From positions 981,853-1,045,852 of the forward strand of contig NC_090973.1 in the NCBI RefSeq assembly GCF_040807025.1: 64,000 nt of DNA, given 5' to 3'. This DNA is from Struthio camelus. Taxonomy: Eukaryota. The notes under the pieces are model-generated. The model was given only the letters and a program-made list of their open reading frames with translations. It ran no database searches and had not been told where the DNA came from. The translations under genes were made by a program, and so were the position numbers. Positions 1-10,554 of the stretch are shown here, in pieces (positions within the stretch are counted from its first letter, which is position 1; each line of letters opens with the position of its first letter).

Positions 1-1000
1 CTCTCCCCTTCCCCCCCAAACCCGGACGCCTGGGTCCCTCTCCCCTTCCCCCCCAACCCGGACGCCTGGGTCCCTCTCCCCTTCCCCCCCCAACCCGGAC
101 GCCTGGGTCCCTCTCCCCTTCCCCCCCCAACCCGGACGCCTGGGTCCCTCTCCCCTTCCCCCCCAACCCGGACGCCTGGGTCCCTCTCCCCTTCCCCCCC
201 CAACCCGGACGCCTGGGTCCCTCTCCCCGCCCCCCCCCAAACCCGGACGCCTGGGTCCCTCTCCCCGCCCCCCCCCAAACCCGGACGCCTGGGTCCCTCT
301 CCCCTTCCCCCCCAACCCGGACGCCTGGGTCCCTCTCCCCTTCCCCCCCCAACCCGGACGCCTGGGTCCCTCTCCCCTTCCCCCCCCAACCCGGACGCCT
401 GGGTCCCTCTCCCCTTCCCCCCCAACCCGGACGCCTGGGTCCCTCTCCCCGCCCCCCCCCAAACCCGGACGCCTGGGTCCCTCTCCCCGCCCCCCCCCAA
501 ACCCGGACGCCTGGGTCCCTCTCCCCGCCCCCCCCCAAACCCGGACGCCTGGGTCCCTCTCCCCGCCCCCCCCCAAACCCGGACGCCTGGGTCCCTCTCC
601 CCTTCCCCCCCCAAACCCGGACGCCTGGGTCCCTCTCCCCTTCCCCCCCCAAACCCGGACGCCTGGGTCCCTCTCCCCTTCCCCCCCCAAACCCGGACGC
701 CTGGGTCCCTCTCCCCTTCCCCCCCCAAACCCGGACGCCTGGGTCCCTCTCCCCCCCCCCAAACCCGGACGCCTGGGTCCCTCTCCCCTTCCCCCCCCAA
801 CCCGGACGCCTGGGTCCCTCTTCCCTTCCCCCCCCTAACCCGGACGCCTGGGTCCCTTTAACCCCTCCCCGGACCCCATGGGCAGGGGAGTGTGGGGCGT
901 TTCCCCGGACGCCTGGGCCCGTGGGGTGATGCGGGGTGTGATTCCCCGGACGCCTGGGCCCCGTGCCCGGACGCCGGGGTCCCCGCTGAGCCCCCCCCCC
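1..1000. repeat. ~40-bp tandem minisatellite (~21 clean copies to 845, degenerate to ~1000), unit ctctccccttcccccccaacccggacgcctgggtccct
   Basis: Direct tandem copies with C-run length variation. It abuts the ALDOA ATG-exon acceptor. Its core is the reverse complement of the GGGACCCAGGCGTCCGGG family seen at 10555-13130 and 17940-18330. Confidence 0.95.
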
Positions 1001-1023
1001 CTTTCCCCGCAGCCGCCGCCACC

Positions 1024-1135
1024 ATGCCGCACCAGTACCCGGCGCTGACGCCCGAGCAGAAGAAGGAGCTCGCCGACATCGCCCTGCGCATCGTCGCCCC
1101 CGGCAAGGGCATCCTCGCCGCCGATGAGTCCACCG
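1024..1135 (+). CDS. ALDOA: Fructose-bisphosphate aldolase A, coding exon 1 (start codon)
   Basis: Translates [37 protein letters not shown](G), near-identical to vertebrate ALDOA N-terminus. Kozak gccgccaccATGc. AG acceptor at 1011-1012 implies an upstream 5'UTR exon. GT donor at 1136. Confidence 0.92.
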
Positions 1136-1900
1136 GTGCGGCGCTGGGAGCACTGGGAGGGGAGCGGGGGGCACTGGGAGGGGATTGGGGGGCACCAGGT
1201 GGCGCTGGGAGGCACTGGGAGGGGACTGGGGGGTTCCCAGGTGGCACTGGGGGGCACTAGGGTGAGATCAGGGGCACTGGGGAGCACTGGGAGAAGATTG
1301 GGGGGCACTAGGTGGTGCTGGGAGGGGACTGGGAGGTGCTGGGAGGGGACTGGGGGCTCTCAGGTGGCACTGGGGGGCACTAGGGTGAGATCAGGGGCAC
1401 TAGGGAGCACTGGGAGAAGATTAGGGGGCACTAGGTGGTGCTGGGAGGGGACTGGGAGGCACTGGGAGGGGACTGGGGGCTCTCAGGTGGCACTGGGGGG
1501 CACTAGGGTGAGATCAGGGGCACTGGGGAGCACTGGGAAAAGAGCAGGGAGGCTGTGGGAGTGAATTGAGGGGCACTGGGTGACACTGGAAAGGGATTGG
1601 GGGGCACTAGGTGACACTGGGAGAGGAGTTGGGGCATTGGGAGGGGATCGGGAGGCAGTGGGTGACACTGGGGGAGGGACTGGGAGCACTGGGAGGAGAT
1701 CGGGGCACTGGGAGGGATCGGGAGGCAGTGGGTGATGCTGGGAGGGAATGGGGTGACATTAGGTGATACTGGGGAGGACTGGGAGGTCTTGGGAGGGGAT
1801 TGGGGGCACTGGGTGGGACTGGAAGTTGCTGGTGGAAGACTAGGAGGTTACTGGGGAGAACTACAAAAGCATTAGGAGGCACTGGGTGACGCTGGGAGGG
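1136..1900. repeat. ALDOA intron 1 G-rich minisatellite (ggcactgggagggga; ~122-bp higher-order unit x3 at 1244-1610)
   Basis: The first units, caccaggtggcgctgggagg at 1193-1213, copy the donor region caccggtgcggcgctgggag at 1130-1150. Confidence 0.9.
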
Positions 1901-2900
1901 CACTGGGTGACCCCAGGTGAGACCAGGAGGAGCCCAGGTGGCCCCAGGTGAGTCTGGGAGCACTGGGAGCCCCACAACCCCTGGCATCCCTGGTGCAACG
2001 GGAGCGTGGGTGCCACCAGGGTGCCCATGGGTGACCGCAGGTGACGCTGGGTGACCCCAGGGTGCCACTGGGGGTTACAGGGTGACCCCAGGTGAGACTG
2101 GGAGGCCCTGGGAGCACTGGGAGCCCCACAACCCCTGGCAACCCTGGTGCAACGGGAGCGTGGGTGCCACCAGGGTGCCCATGGGTGACTGCAGGTGACG
2201 CTGGGTGACCCCAGGGTGCCACTGGGGGTTACAGGGTGGCCCCAGGTGAAATCAGGAGGCCCTGGGAGCCCCACAACCCCTGGCAACCCTGGTGCAACAG
2301 GAGCGTGGGTGCCACCAGGGTGCCCATGGGTGACTACAGGCGACAGTGGGAGAGCCCAGGTGCCACTGGGGGTTTCTAGGTGGCCGCAGGTGGCCACCAG
2401 GTGGCCCCAGGTGAGACCGGGAGGCCCTGAGAGCGCTGGGAGCCCCACAACCCCTGGCAACCCTGGTGCAACGGGAGCGTGGGTGCCACCAGGGTGCCCA
2501 TGGGTGACTGCAGGTGACGCTGGGTGACCCCAGGGTGCCACTGGGGGTTACAGGGTGGCCCCAGGTGAAATCAGGAGGCCCTGGGAGCCCCACAACCCCT
2601 GGCAACCCTGGTGCAACAGGAGCGTGGGTGCCACCAGGGTGCCCATGGGTGACTGCAGGCGACAGTGGGAGAGCCCAGGTGCCACTGGGGGTTTCTAGGT
2701 GGCCGCAGGTGGCCACCAGATGGCCCCAGGTGAGACCGGGAGGCCCTGAGAGCGCTGGGAGCCCCACAACCCCTGGCAACCCTGGTGCAACGGGAGCGTG
2801 GGTGCCACCAGGGTGCCCATGGGTGACTGCAGGTGACGCTGGGTGACCCCAGGGTGCTACTGGGGGTTTCTAGGTGGCCCCAGGTGGCCACCAGGTGGCC
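1900..2900. repeat. 319-bp higher-order tandem repeat x3 (~160-bp subunit) in ALDOA intron 1
   Basis: The track shows identical 110-aa ORFs at 2195 and 2514, offset by 319 bp. A CTCF-like core CCACCAGGGTGCC recurs about 6 times. Confidence 0.9.
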
Positions 2901-3015
2901 CCAGGTGAGACCGGGAGGCCTTGGGAGCACCGGGAGCCCCGCAAAGCCCAGCCGCCTGGGGTGGCGTGGGTGCCGCGGGCGGCCCCGGCGGGTGACGCGG
3001 GCGGCCCCGGCGCAG

Positions 3016-3227
3016 GCAGCATCGCCAAGCGGCTGAGCTCGGTGGGGGCGGAGAACACGGAGGAGAACCGCCGCTGGTACCGCCAGCTGCTCTTCACGGC
3101 CGACCAGCGCGTCGACCCCTGCATCGGCGGCGTCATCCTCTTCCACGAGACCCTCTACCAGAAGGCCGACGACGGGCGCCCCTTCCCCGCCGTCATCCGC
3201 GCCAAGGGCGGCCTCGTCGGCATCAAG
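3016..3227 (+). CDS. ALDOA: ALDOA coding exon 2
   Basis: cag acceptor 3013-3015. Encodes [71 protein letters not shown]. Phase continues exon 1. GT donor 3228. Confidence 0.92.
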
Positions 3228-3239
3228 GTGGGGACGTCG

Positions 3240-4690
3240 GGGGGAGGCGGAGGCGTTGGGGAGATGGGGGGAAGTTGAGGGAACGTTGAGGGACGGTGGT
3301 GGACACAGAGATGTTGAGGGGATGCAGGGACGTTGGGGAGGCGTGGAGATGTTGAGGGAACGTTGGGGCACGGTGGTGGGCGCAGAGAGGTTGAGGGGAC
3401 GCAGGGGCGTTGGGGAGGCGTGGAGATGTTGAGGGAACGTTGGGGCACGGTGGTGGGCGCAGAGACGTTGAGGGGACGCAGGGACGTTGGGGAGATGTGG
3501 AGATGTTGAGGGAACGTTGGGGCACGGTGGTGGACGCAGAGAGGTTGAGGGGACGCAGGGACGTTGGGGAGATGTGGAGCCGTTGAGGGAACGTTGGGGG
3601 ACGGTGGTGGACGCAGAGATGTTGAGGGGACATTGGGGAGGCGTGGAGACGTTGAGGGAACGTTGGGGCACGGTGGTGGGCACAGAAGTTGAGGGGACGC
3701 ATGGACATTGGGGAGGTGTGGAGATGTTGAGGGAGCGTTGGGGGACGGTGGTGGACACACAGGTGTTGAGGGGACGCAGGGACGTTGGGGAGACACGGAG
3801 CCGTTGAGGGAACGTTGGGGGACGGTGGTGGATGCAGAGATGTTGAGGGGACGCAGGGATATTAGGGAGGCGTGGAGATGTTGAAGGAACGTTAGGGGAC
3901 AGTGGTGGACACGGAGAGGTTGAGGGGGACGTAAGGACGTTGGGGAGACGTGGAGCCGTTGGGGGACGGTGGTGGACGCAGAGATGTTGAGGGAACATTG
4001 GGGAGGCGTGGAGACGTTGAGGGAACGTTGGGGCATGGTGGTGGGCACAGAGAGGTTGAGGGGACGCAGGGACGTTGGGGAGGCGTGGAGATGTTGAGGG
4101 AGCGTTGGCGGACGTTGGTGGACACAGAGGTTGAGGGGACGCAGGGACGTTGGGGGGACGTGGAGCCGTTGAGGGAGCGTTGGGGGACGGTGATGTTGAT
4201 GGGATGCAAGGACGTTGGGGAGATGCGGAGACGTCGAGGGGACGTTGGGGGACATGGAGGTGACAGGATGTGCGGATGTTGGACACGGGGACACAAAGGG
4301 GACGCAAGGACGTCGGGGAGATGCAGAGCCGATTAGAGGACGTTGGGGGACACGGAGACGTGGATGCGACGTGGAGACGTTGGGGGGGGGACGTGGAGGG
4401 GACACTGGGGGACGTAGAGATGTGGAGGGGACGTGGGGATGTTGGGAGACAAGGAGACGTTGAGGGGACGTCGGGGGACGTGGAGACATGAAGGGGACGT
4501 AGGGACGATGGGGCACAAGGGGACATTGGGGACGTTGAGGGACACGGGGATGGTGGGGGAACGTAGTCTCAGAGTGGGGACATCGAGGGGACGTTGGGGG
4601 AGACAGGGACGTTGGGGGGATGTGGGGGACGTGGGGACGGGGTGGCCATGGAGCCAGGCCAGCTCCCAGTGACCGTGTCCCCGCGTCCCC
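3240..4690. repeat. ALDOA intron 2 ~80-bp G-rich minisatellite (gttgagggaacgttggggcacggtggtgggcgcagagaggttgaggggacgcagggacgttggggaggcgtggagat)
   Basis: About 18 tandem units. The subsequence ggtggtggacacagaggttgagggg resembles the exon-3 start ggtggacaagggggttgtg. Confidence 0.9.
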
Positions 4691-4701
4691 CCCCCCCCCA
4701 G

Positions 4702-4756
4702 GTGGACAAGGGGGTTGTGCCCCTGGCTGGCACCAATGGCGAGACCACCACCCAGG
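4702..4756 (+). CDS. ALDOA: ALDOA coding exon 3
   Basis: Polypyrimidine tract plus AG at 4700-4701. Encodes VDKGVVPLAGTNGETTTQ(G). gtgagt donor at 4757. Confidence 0.9.
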
Positions 4757-4759
4757 GTG

Positions 4760-6300
4760 AGTGACCGTCCCCGAGGGTGGCCTCATGTCCCTGCAAGGTC
4801 TCCAAGGGTGGCCCCGAGGGTGTCCCCATGTCCCCAAGGGTATTCCTAGGTCCTTAGGAAGTCCCCAAAGATGTCCTCAAGGGCTTCTCGGGTCCCCAAG
4901 GGCGTCCCCAGGTCCCCAAGGGCGTCCCTGAGGGCTTCCCTGTGTCCCCAAAGGGGTCCTCGTGTCCCCAAGAGGTTCTCTAGGGTATTTCGGTGTCCCC
5001 AGGTCCCCAAGGGTGTCCCCAAGGGGGTCCCTGTGTCCCCAAGCGGTGCCCAACATTGTTCCTGTGTCCTCATCGGCATCCCAGTGTCCCTGGCTGTGTC
5101 TGCGTGTCCCCAAGGCTGTCCCCGTGTCCCCGAAGCTGTCCCCAAGTCCTCTCTGCCTTCTCCACCTTCCCAAGGCTGTCCCCGTGTTCCCTATGTCATC
5201 TCTGTCTCTCCAACGCTGTCCCCAAGGCCATCTGTGTCCCCGACGCCATCCCCGTGGCTCTCCCCACGCGTTCCCTGCCACCATCCCCACCTCCTCGCCG
5301 GTGTCCCCAAGGCCGTCCCAGTGTCCCCAAGGCCATTGCCATCACCATCTCCATGCCTCTCCCTGCGCGGTCCCTGCTGGTGTCCCCGAGGCCATCCCCC
5401 AATGCCACCCCATGTCCCCGAGGCCATCTCCACGTCCCTACGGCCATCTCTGCGTCCCCAAACCCATGACTGACCCCATCTCTGTGGTTCAGTCCCCGCT
5501 GGTGTCCCCGAGGCCGTCCCCAAATGCCACCCCATGTCCCCTACGGCCATCTCTGCGTCCCCAAGCCCATGACCAACCGCATCTCCGTGGTTCAGTCCCC
5601 ACTGGTGTCCCCGAGGCCATCCCCCAATGCCACCCCATGTCCCCGAGGCCATCTCCACATCCCTACGGCCATCTCTGCGTCCCCAAGCCCATGACCAACC
5701 CCAACTCCGTGGTTCAGTCCCTGCTGGTGTCCCCGAGGCCATCCCCCAATGCCACCCCATGTCCCCGAGGCCATCTCCCACGTCCCTACGGCCATCTCTG
5801 CGTCCCCAAGCCCATGACCAACCGCATCTCCGTGGTTCAGTCCCCACTGGTGTCCCCGAGGCCGTCCCCAACTGCCACCCCATGTCCCCGAGGCCATCTC
5901 CACATCCCTACGGCCATCTCTGCGTCCCCAAGCCCATGACTGACCCCATCTCCGTGGTTCAGTCCCCACTGGTGTCCCCAAGGCCGTGCCCCAAGGCCAT
6001 CCCCATGTCCCCTACGGCCATCTCTGCGTCCCCAAACCCATGACTGACCCCATCTCCGTGGTTCAGTCCCTGCTGGTGTCCCCAAGGCCGTCCCCAACTG
6101 CCACCCCATGTCCCCGAGGCCATCTCCACATCCCTACGGCCATCTCTGCGTCCCCAAGCCCATAACCAACCCCATCTCCACGGTTCTCCATGGTCCCCGA
6201 GGCCATCTCCACGTCCCTACGGCCATCTCTGCGTCCCCAATGCTGCCCCCCGCCGTCGTCCTCGTGGCCGTGTCCCCCTCCCCCCCCCATCCCCACCCGC
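4760..6300. repeat. ALDOA intron 3 minisatellites: ~20-bp gtccccaagggtgtcccc (4780-5200) then ~120-bp unit containing ccatctctgcgtccccaagcccatgaccaacc (5200-6250)
   Basis: The periodicity shows in the repeated ORF peptides [23 protein letters not shown]. Confidence 0.9.
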
Positions 6301-6327
6301 GTCCCCACGGTGTCCCCGCGCGCCCAG

Positions 6328-6488
6328 GCCTGGACGGGCTGATGGAGCGCTGCGCCCAGTACAAGAAGGACGGGGCCGACTTCGCCAAGTGGCGCTGCGT
6401 GCTCAAGATCTCGGAGCACACGCCCTCGCGCCTCGCCATCATGGAGAACGCCAACGTCCTCGCCCGCTACGCCAGCATCTGCCAGCAG
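6328..6488 (+). CDS. ALDOA: ALDOA coding exon 4
   Basis: cag acceptor 6325-6327. Encodes [55 protein letters not shown] donor 6489. Confidence 0.92.
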
Positions 6489-6489
6489 G

Positions 6490-7335
6490 TCTGTCACCCC
6501 CGCCCCAGACGTGGCGTGGGGTGCCGGCGGGTCCCCGCCTCCTTTTGTCACCTGGGAGGGGTTGGAGAGCTCCCGGCGTCGGTGTGTCACCCCCTCCCGG
6601 GGGTGGCTGGGGACCTCCCGGCTGGGCTGTCGCGCCGGGACGCGATGCGGTGGCGTGTCCCTGCGTTCCCTCTCGTCACCCCGGGGTGGCCGGGGGTCTC
6701 CTGGCCGCGGCGCGGCGCCGGGACGCGACGTCGGTGGTGTCCTTGCGTCGCCTCTTGGCGCTCTGGGATGGCCGGAGATGTCCCGGCGGTGTCGTAGCGC
6801 CGGGATGTGGCCTTGGCGGCCTTCCCGCGTCACCTGCTGCCACCCCGAGGTGGCTGGGGATCTCCTGGCTGCGCTGTGGCACTGGGACGTGGCTTCGGCC
6901 ACGTCCCTGTGCCACCTGCTGCCACCTCGGGGTGGCTGGGGACATGCTGGTTCCACCGTGGTGCTGGGACGTGGTTTTGGTGGCGTTCCTGTGTCACCTC
7001 GGGATGGCTGGGGACTTCCTGGTTGTGTCGTGGTGCCAGGAGATGGCCTTGGCAGTGTCCCTGTGTCGCCTAGTGTCCCCTCCTGTCACCATGGGGTGGC
7101 TGGGGAGCTCCTGGCTGCGCTGTGACACCCAGACGTGGCTTTGGTAGCATCTCTGCGTCACTTGCTGTCACCCCCGGGGTGGCTGGGGGCCTCCTGGTTG
7201 TGCCGTGATGCCGGGACGCGGCCTTGGCGGGGCCCTTGTGTCACCTATTGTCACCCCGAGGGGGCTGGGCACCTCCTGGCTGTGGGTCCGTGTGCCCTTG
7301 TGTCGCCCCAGGGTGGCCGGCTGCCCCCAGGTGTC
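6490..7335. repeat. ALDOA intron 4 ~85-95-bp minisatellite (gtcacc..ggggtggctgggga.ctccyggctg.gctgt..cgccgggacg)
   Basis: About 9 units that start directly at the donor (gtctgtcaccc). Confidence 0.85.
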
Positions 7336-7371
7336 CTCGCACGTCCCCCAACTCGTGCCCTGTCCCCCCAG

Positions 7372-7455
7372 AACGGCATCGTCCCCATCGTGGAGCCCGA
7401 GATCCTCCCTGACGGCGACCACGACCTCAAGCGCTGCCAGTACGTCACGGAGAAG
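7372..7455 (+). CDS. ALDOA: ALDOA coding exon 5
   Basis: AG acceptor 7370-7371. Encodes [30 protein letters not shown] donor 7456. Confidence 0.92.
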
Positions 7456-7540
7456 GTGGGTGTCCCCGCGTTCCCCGCCGCGTCCCCAACCGCCTCCCTG
7501 TCCCCGCCGCGTCCGCAACGTGTCCCCGCCGCGTCCCCAG

Positions 7541-7715
7541 GTGCTGGCGGCCGTCTACAAGGCGCTGAGCGACCACCACGTCTACCTGGAGGGGACCCTG
7601 CTCAAGCCCAACATGGTGACGGCGGGTCACGCCTGTCCCAAGAAGTACAGCCCCGAGGAGATCGCCATGGCCACCGTCACTGCCCTGCGGCGCACCGTGC
7701 CACCCGCCGTCCCCG
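7541..7715 (+). CDS. ALDOA: ALDOA coding exon 6
   Basis: cag acceptor 7538-7540. Encodes [58 protein letters not shown](G). gtgag donor 7716. Confidence 0.92.
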
Positions 7716-7805
7716 GTGAGCCTCGGTGGCACCGGCGTGGCCCTGGGTTGGCCCCATCCCCTACGGCCGCGTCGCGCCGCGGCTGACGTCCCCGTCCCCG
7801 CGCAG

Positions 7806-8005
7806 GCATCACGTTCCTGTCCGGGGGCCAGAGCGAGGAGGAGGCGTCGCTGAACCTCAACGCCATCAACCGGTGCCCGCTGGCGCGGCCCTGGGCCCTG
7901 ACCTTCTCCTACGGGCGGGCGCTGCAGGCCTCGGCCCTGCGCGCCTGGGCCGGCAAGCGCGACAACACCAAGGCCGCCCAGGAGGAGTACGTCAAGCGCG
8001 CCCTG
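7806..8005 (+). CDS. ALDOA: ALDOA coding exon 7
   Basis: cag acceptor 7803-7805. Encodes (G)[66 protein letters not shown]. gtaggt donor 8006. Confidence 0.92.
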
Positions 8006-10330
8006 GTAGGTGGGGGGACGCGGCGGGGACGTGGGGATGGGGGTCGTGGTGGGACGTGGGTTCTGGTGGGACGTGGTGACATGGATTGTGGTGGGACGTG
8101 GGGATGGGTGTCGTGGTGGGAGGTGGAGGCAGGAGGACGGGGTGCTGGTGGGACGTGGTTGACATGAGGATAGCGGCTGTGGTGGGGCATGGGGACAGGG
8201 CTCCTGGTGGGATGTGGTGACATGGGGACAGGGGTGCTGGTGGGACAGGGTGATATGGGGACGGGGGTCATGGTGGGGCGTGGAGACATGAGGACAGGGG
8301 TGCTGGTGGGACATGAGGACATGGAGATGAAGGTCCTGGTGGGATGTGGTGACATGGGGATGGGGGTGCTGGTGGGACGTGGTGATGTGGGGACGGGGAT
8401 CCTGGTGGGACATGGGGACATGGAGGTCCTGGTGGGACGTGGGGACATGGGGACGGGGGTCGTGGTGGGACGTGGGGACATAGAGATGGAGGTCCTGGTG
8501 GAACGTGGTGACATGGGGATGGGGTGCTGGTGGGACGTGGGGACATGGAGATGGAGGTCCTGGTGGGATGTGGGGACATTGGGACGGGGGTCCTGGTGGG
8601 ATGTGGTGACGTGGGACGTGGTGACGTGGGGATGGAGGTCCTGGTGGGACGTGGGGACGGGGGTCCTGGTGGGACGTGGTGACGTGGGGACGGGGGTCGT
8701 GGTGGGACGTGGGGACGGAGGTCCTGGTGGGAGGTGGGGACGGGGGTGCTGGTGGGACGTGGGGACATTGGGACAGGGGTCGTGGTGGGGCATGAGGACA
8801 TGGGGACGGGGGTGCTGGTGGAACGTGAGGACGTGGGTGCTGGTGGGACATGGTGACATGGGGATGTGCGTCGTGGTGGGACGTGAGGACATGGGGATGT
8901 GGATTGTGGTGGGACGTGGGGACGGGGGTGCTGGTGGGACGTGGGGACGGGGGTGCTGGTGGGACGTGGGGACATGGAGATGGAGGTCCTGGTGGGACGT
9001 GGGGACGTGGGGATGGGGGTCGTGGTGGGACGTGGGGACATGGAGATGGAGGTCCTGGTGGGACGTGGTGACGTGGTGACGGGGGTCATGGTGGGACATG
9101 AGGACGTGGAGACGGAGGTCCTGGTGGGACGTGGGGACGGGGGTCGTGGTGGGACATGAGGACGTGGAGATGGAGGTCCTGGTGGGAGGTGGGGACGGGG
9201 GTCATGGTGGGACATGAGGACGTGGAGATGGAGGTCCTGGTGGGAGGTGGGGACGGGGGTCGTGGTGGGACATGAGGACGTGGAGATGGAGGTCCTGGTG
9301 GGAGGTGGGGACGTGGAGATGGAGGTCCTGGTGGGATGTGGGGACGTGGTGACGGGGGTCGTGGTGGGACATGAGGACGTGGAGATGAAGGTCCTGGTGG
9401 GACGTGGGGACGTGGAGATGGAGGTCCTGGTGGGACGTGGTGACGTGGTGATGGGGGTTGTGGTGGGACATGAGAACATGGAGATGGAGGTCCTGGTGGG
9501 AGGTGGTGACGGGGGTCGTGGTGGGACATGAGGACATGGAGATGGAGGTCCTGGTGGGACGTGGGGACGTGGAGATGGAGGTCCTGGTGGGACGTGGTGA
9601 CGGGGGTCATGGTGGGACATGAGGACGTGGAGACGGAGGTCCTGGTGGGACGGGGGGACGGGGGTCGTGGTGGGACATGAGGACGTGGAGATGGAGGTCC
9701 TGGTGGGACGTGGGGACGGGGGTCGTGGTGGGACACGAGGACGTGGAGATGGAGGTCCTGGTGGGACGTGGGGACGGGGGTTGTGGTGGGACGTGGGGGC
9801 ATGGAGATGAAGGTCCTGGTGGGACATAAGGACATGGGGACGTGGGTCGTGGTGGGACATGGGGACATGGGGACGTGGTGACGGGGGTCGTGGTGGGACA
9901 TGAGGACGTGGAGATGAAGGTCCTGGTGGGACATGAGAACATGGGGACGTGGGTCGTGGTGGGACATGGGGATGTGGGTCCTGGTGGGACATGGGGACAT
10001 GGGGACGGGGGTCGTGGTGGGACACGAGGACGTGGAGATGGAGGTCCTGGTGGGACGTGGTGATGTGGTGATGGGGGTTGTGGTGGGACATGAGAACGTG
10101 GAGATGGAGGTCCTGGTGGGACGTGGTGACGTGGTGATGGGGGTTGTGGTGGGACGTGAGGACGTGGAGATGGAGGTCCTGGTGGGACGTGGTGACGTGG
10201 TGATGGGGGTTGTGGTGGGACATGAGAACGTGGAGATGGAGGTCCTGGTGGGACGTGGTGACATGGGGACGGGGGTCCTGGTGGGACGGGGGGACGGGGG
10301 GAGCGCGGGCGTCCGCGGCGTGACGCGCGG
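8006..10330. repeat. ALDOA intron 7 G-rich minisatellite (ggaggtcctggtgggacgtggggacatggagat, 30/60-bp units with higher-order structure)
   Basis: The unit resembles the donor region gccctggtaggtggggggacg. It fills essentially the whole 2.3-kb intron. Confidence 0.9.
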
Positions 10331-10346
10331 CTCCCTGCGCCCGCAG

Positions 10347-10442
10347 GCCAACTCGCTGGCGTGCCAGGGCAAGTACGCGCCCAGCGGGCCGGCGGGGGCC
10401 GCCGCCAGCGAGTCCCTCTTCATCTCCAACCACGCCTACTGA
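10347..10442 (+). CDS. ALDOA: ALDOA terminal coding exon (stop TGA 10440-10442)
   Basis: cag acceptor 10344-10346. Encodes [31 protein letters not shown]. The 8 exons sum to 1095 nt, giving 364 aa as expected for ALDOA. Confidence 0.92.
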   Translation, partial: ANSLACQGKYAPSGPAGAAASESLFISNHAY

Positions 10443-10505
10443 GGGGCCCCGGCGTCCGGGGCCGCCCCGCCCCCCCCCCGCCGCCGCCGCCTCTCCCGCT
10501 CCGGC

Positions 10506-10511
10506 AATAAA
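10506..10511 (+). promoter_or_regulatory. ALDOA: ALDOA polyadenylation signal AATAAA
   Basis: aataaa lies 64 nt after the stop codon in ccggcaataaacggcatctg. A GC-rich minisatellite starts right after it. Confidence 0.75.
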
Positions 10512-10554
10512 CGGCATCTGCCTCCGCACCCGCGTCTTGGGGGGCCCGGGCGGC

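Noticed and set aside
1990-2830. CTCF-like CCACCAGGGTGCC cores (x6) as insulator sites
   Set aside because: They match only the 5' half of the CTCF consensus and occur once per unit of a 319-bp tandem repeat. They are probably incidental to the repeat.
1024-10442. Possibility that the aldolase is ALDOC or ALDOB rather than ALDOA
   Set aside because: The sequence tracks ALDOA-specific residues (SIAKRL, NRRx[15 protein letters not shown]...SNHAY) much more closely than the ALDOC or ALDOB sequences as I recall them. Adjacency to PPP4C matches the ALDOA locus.
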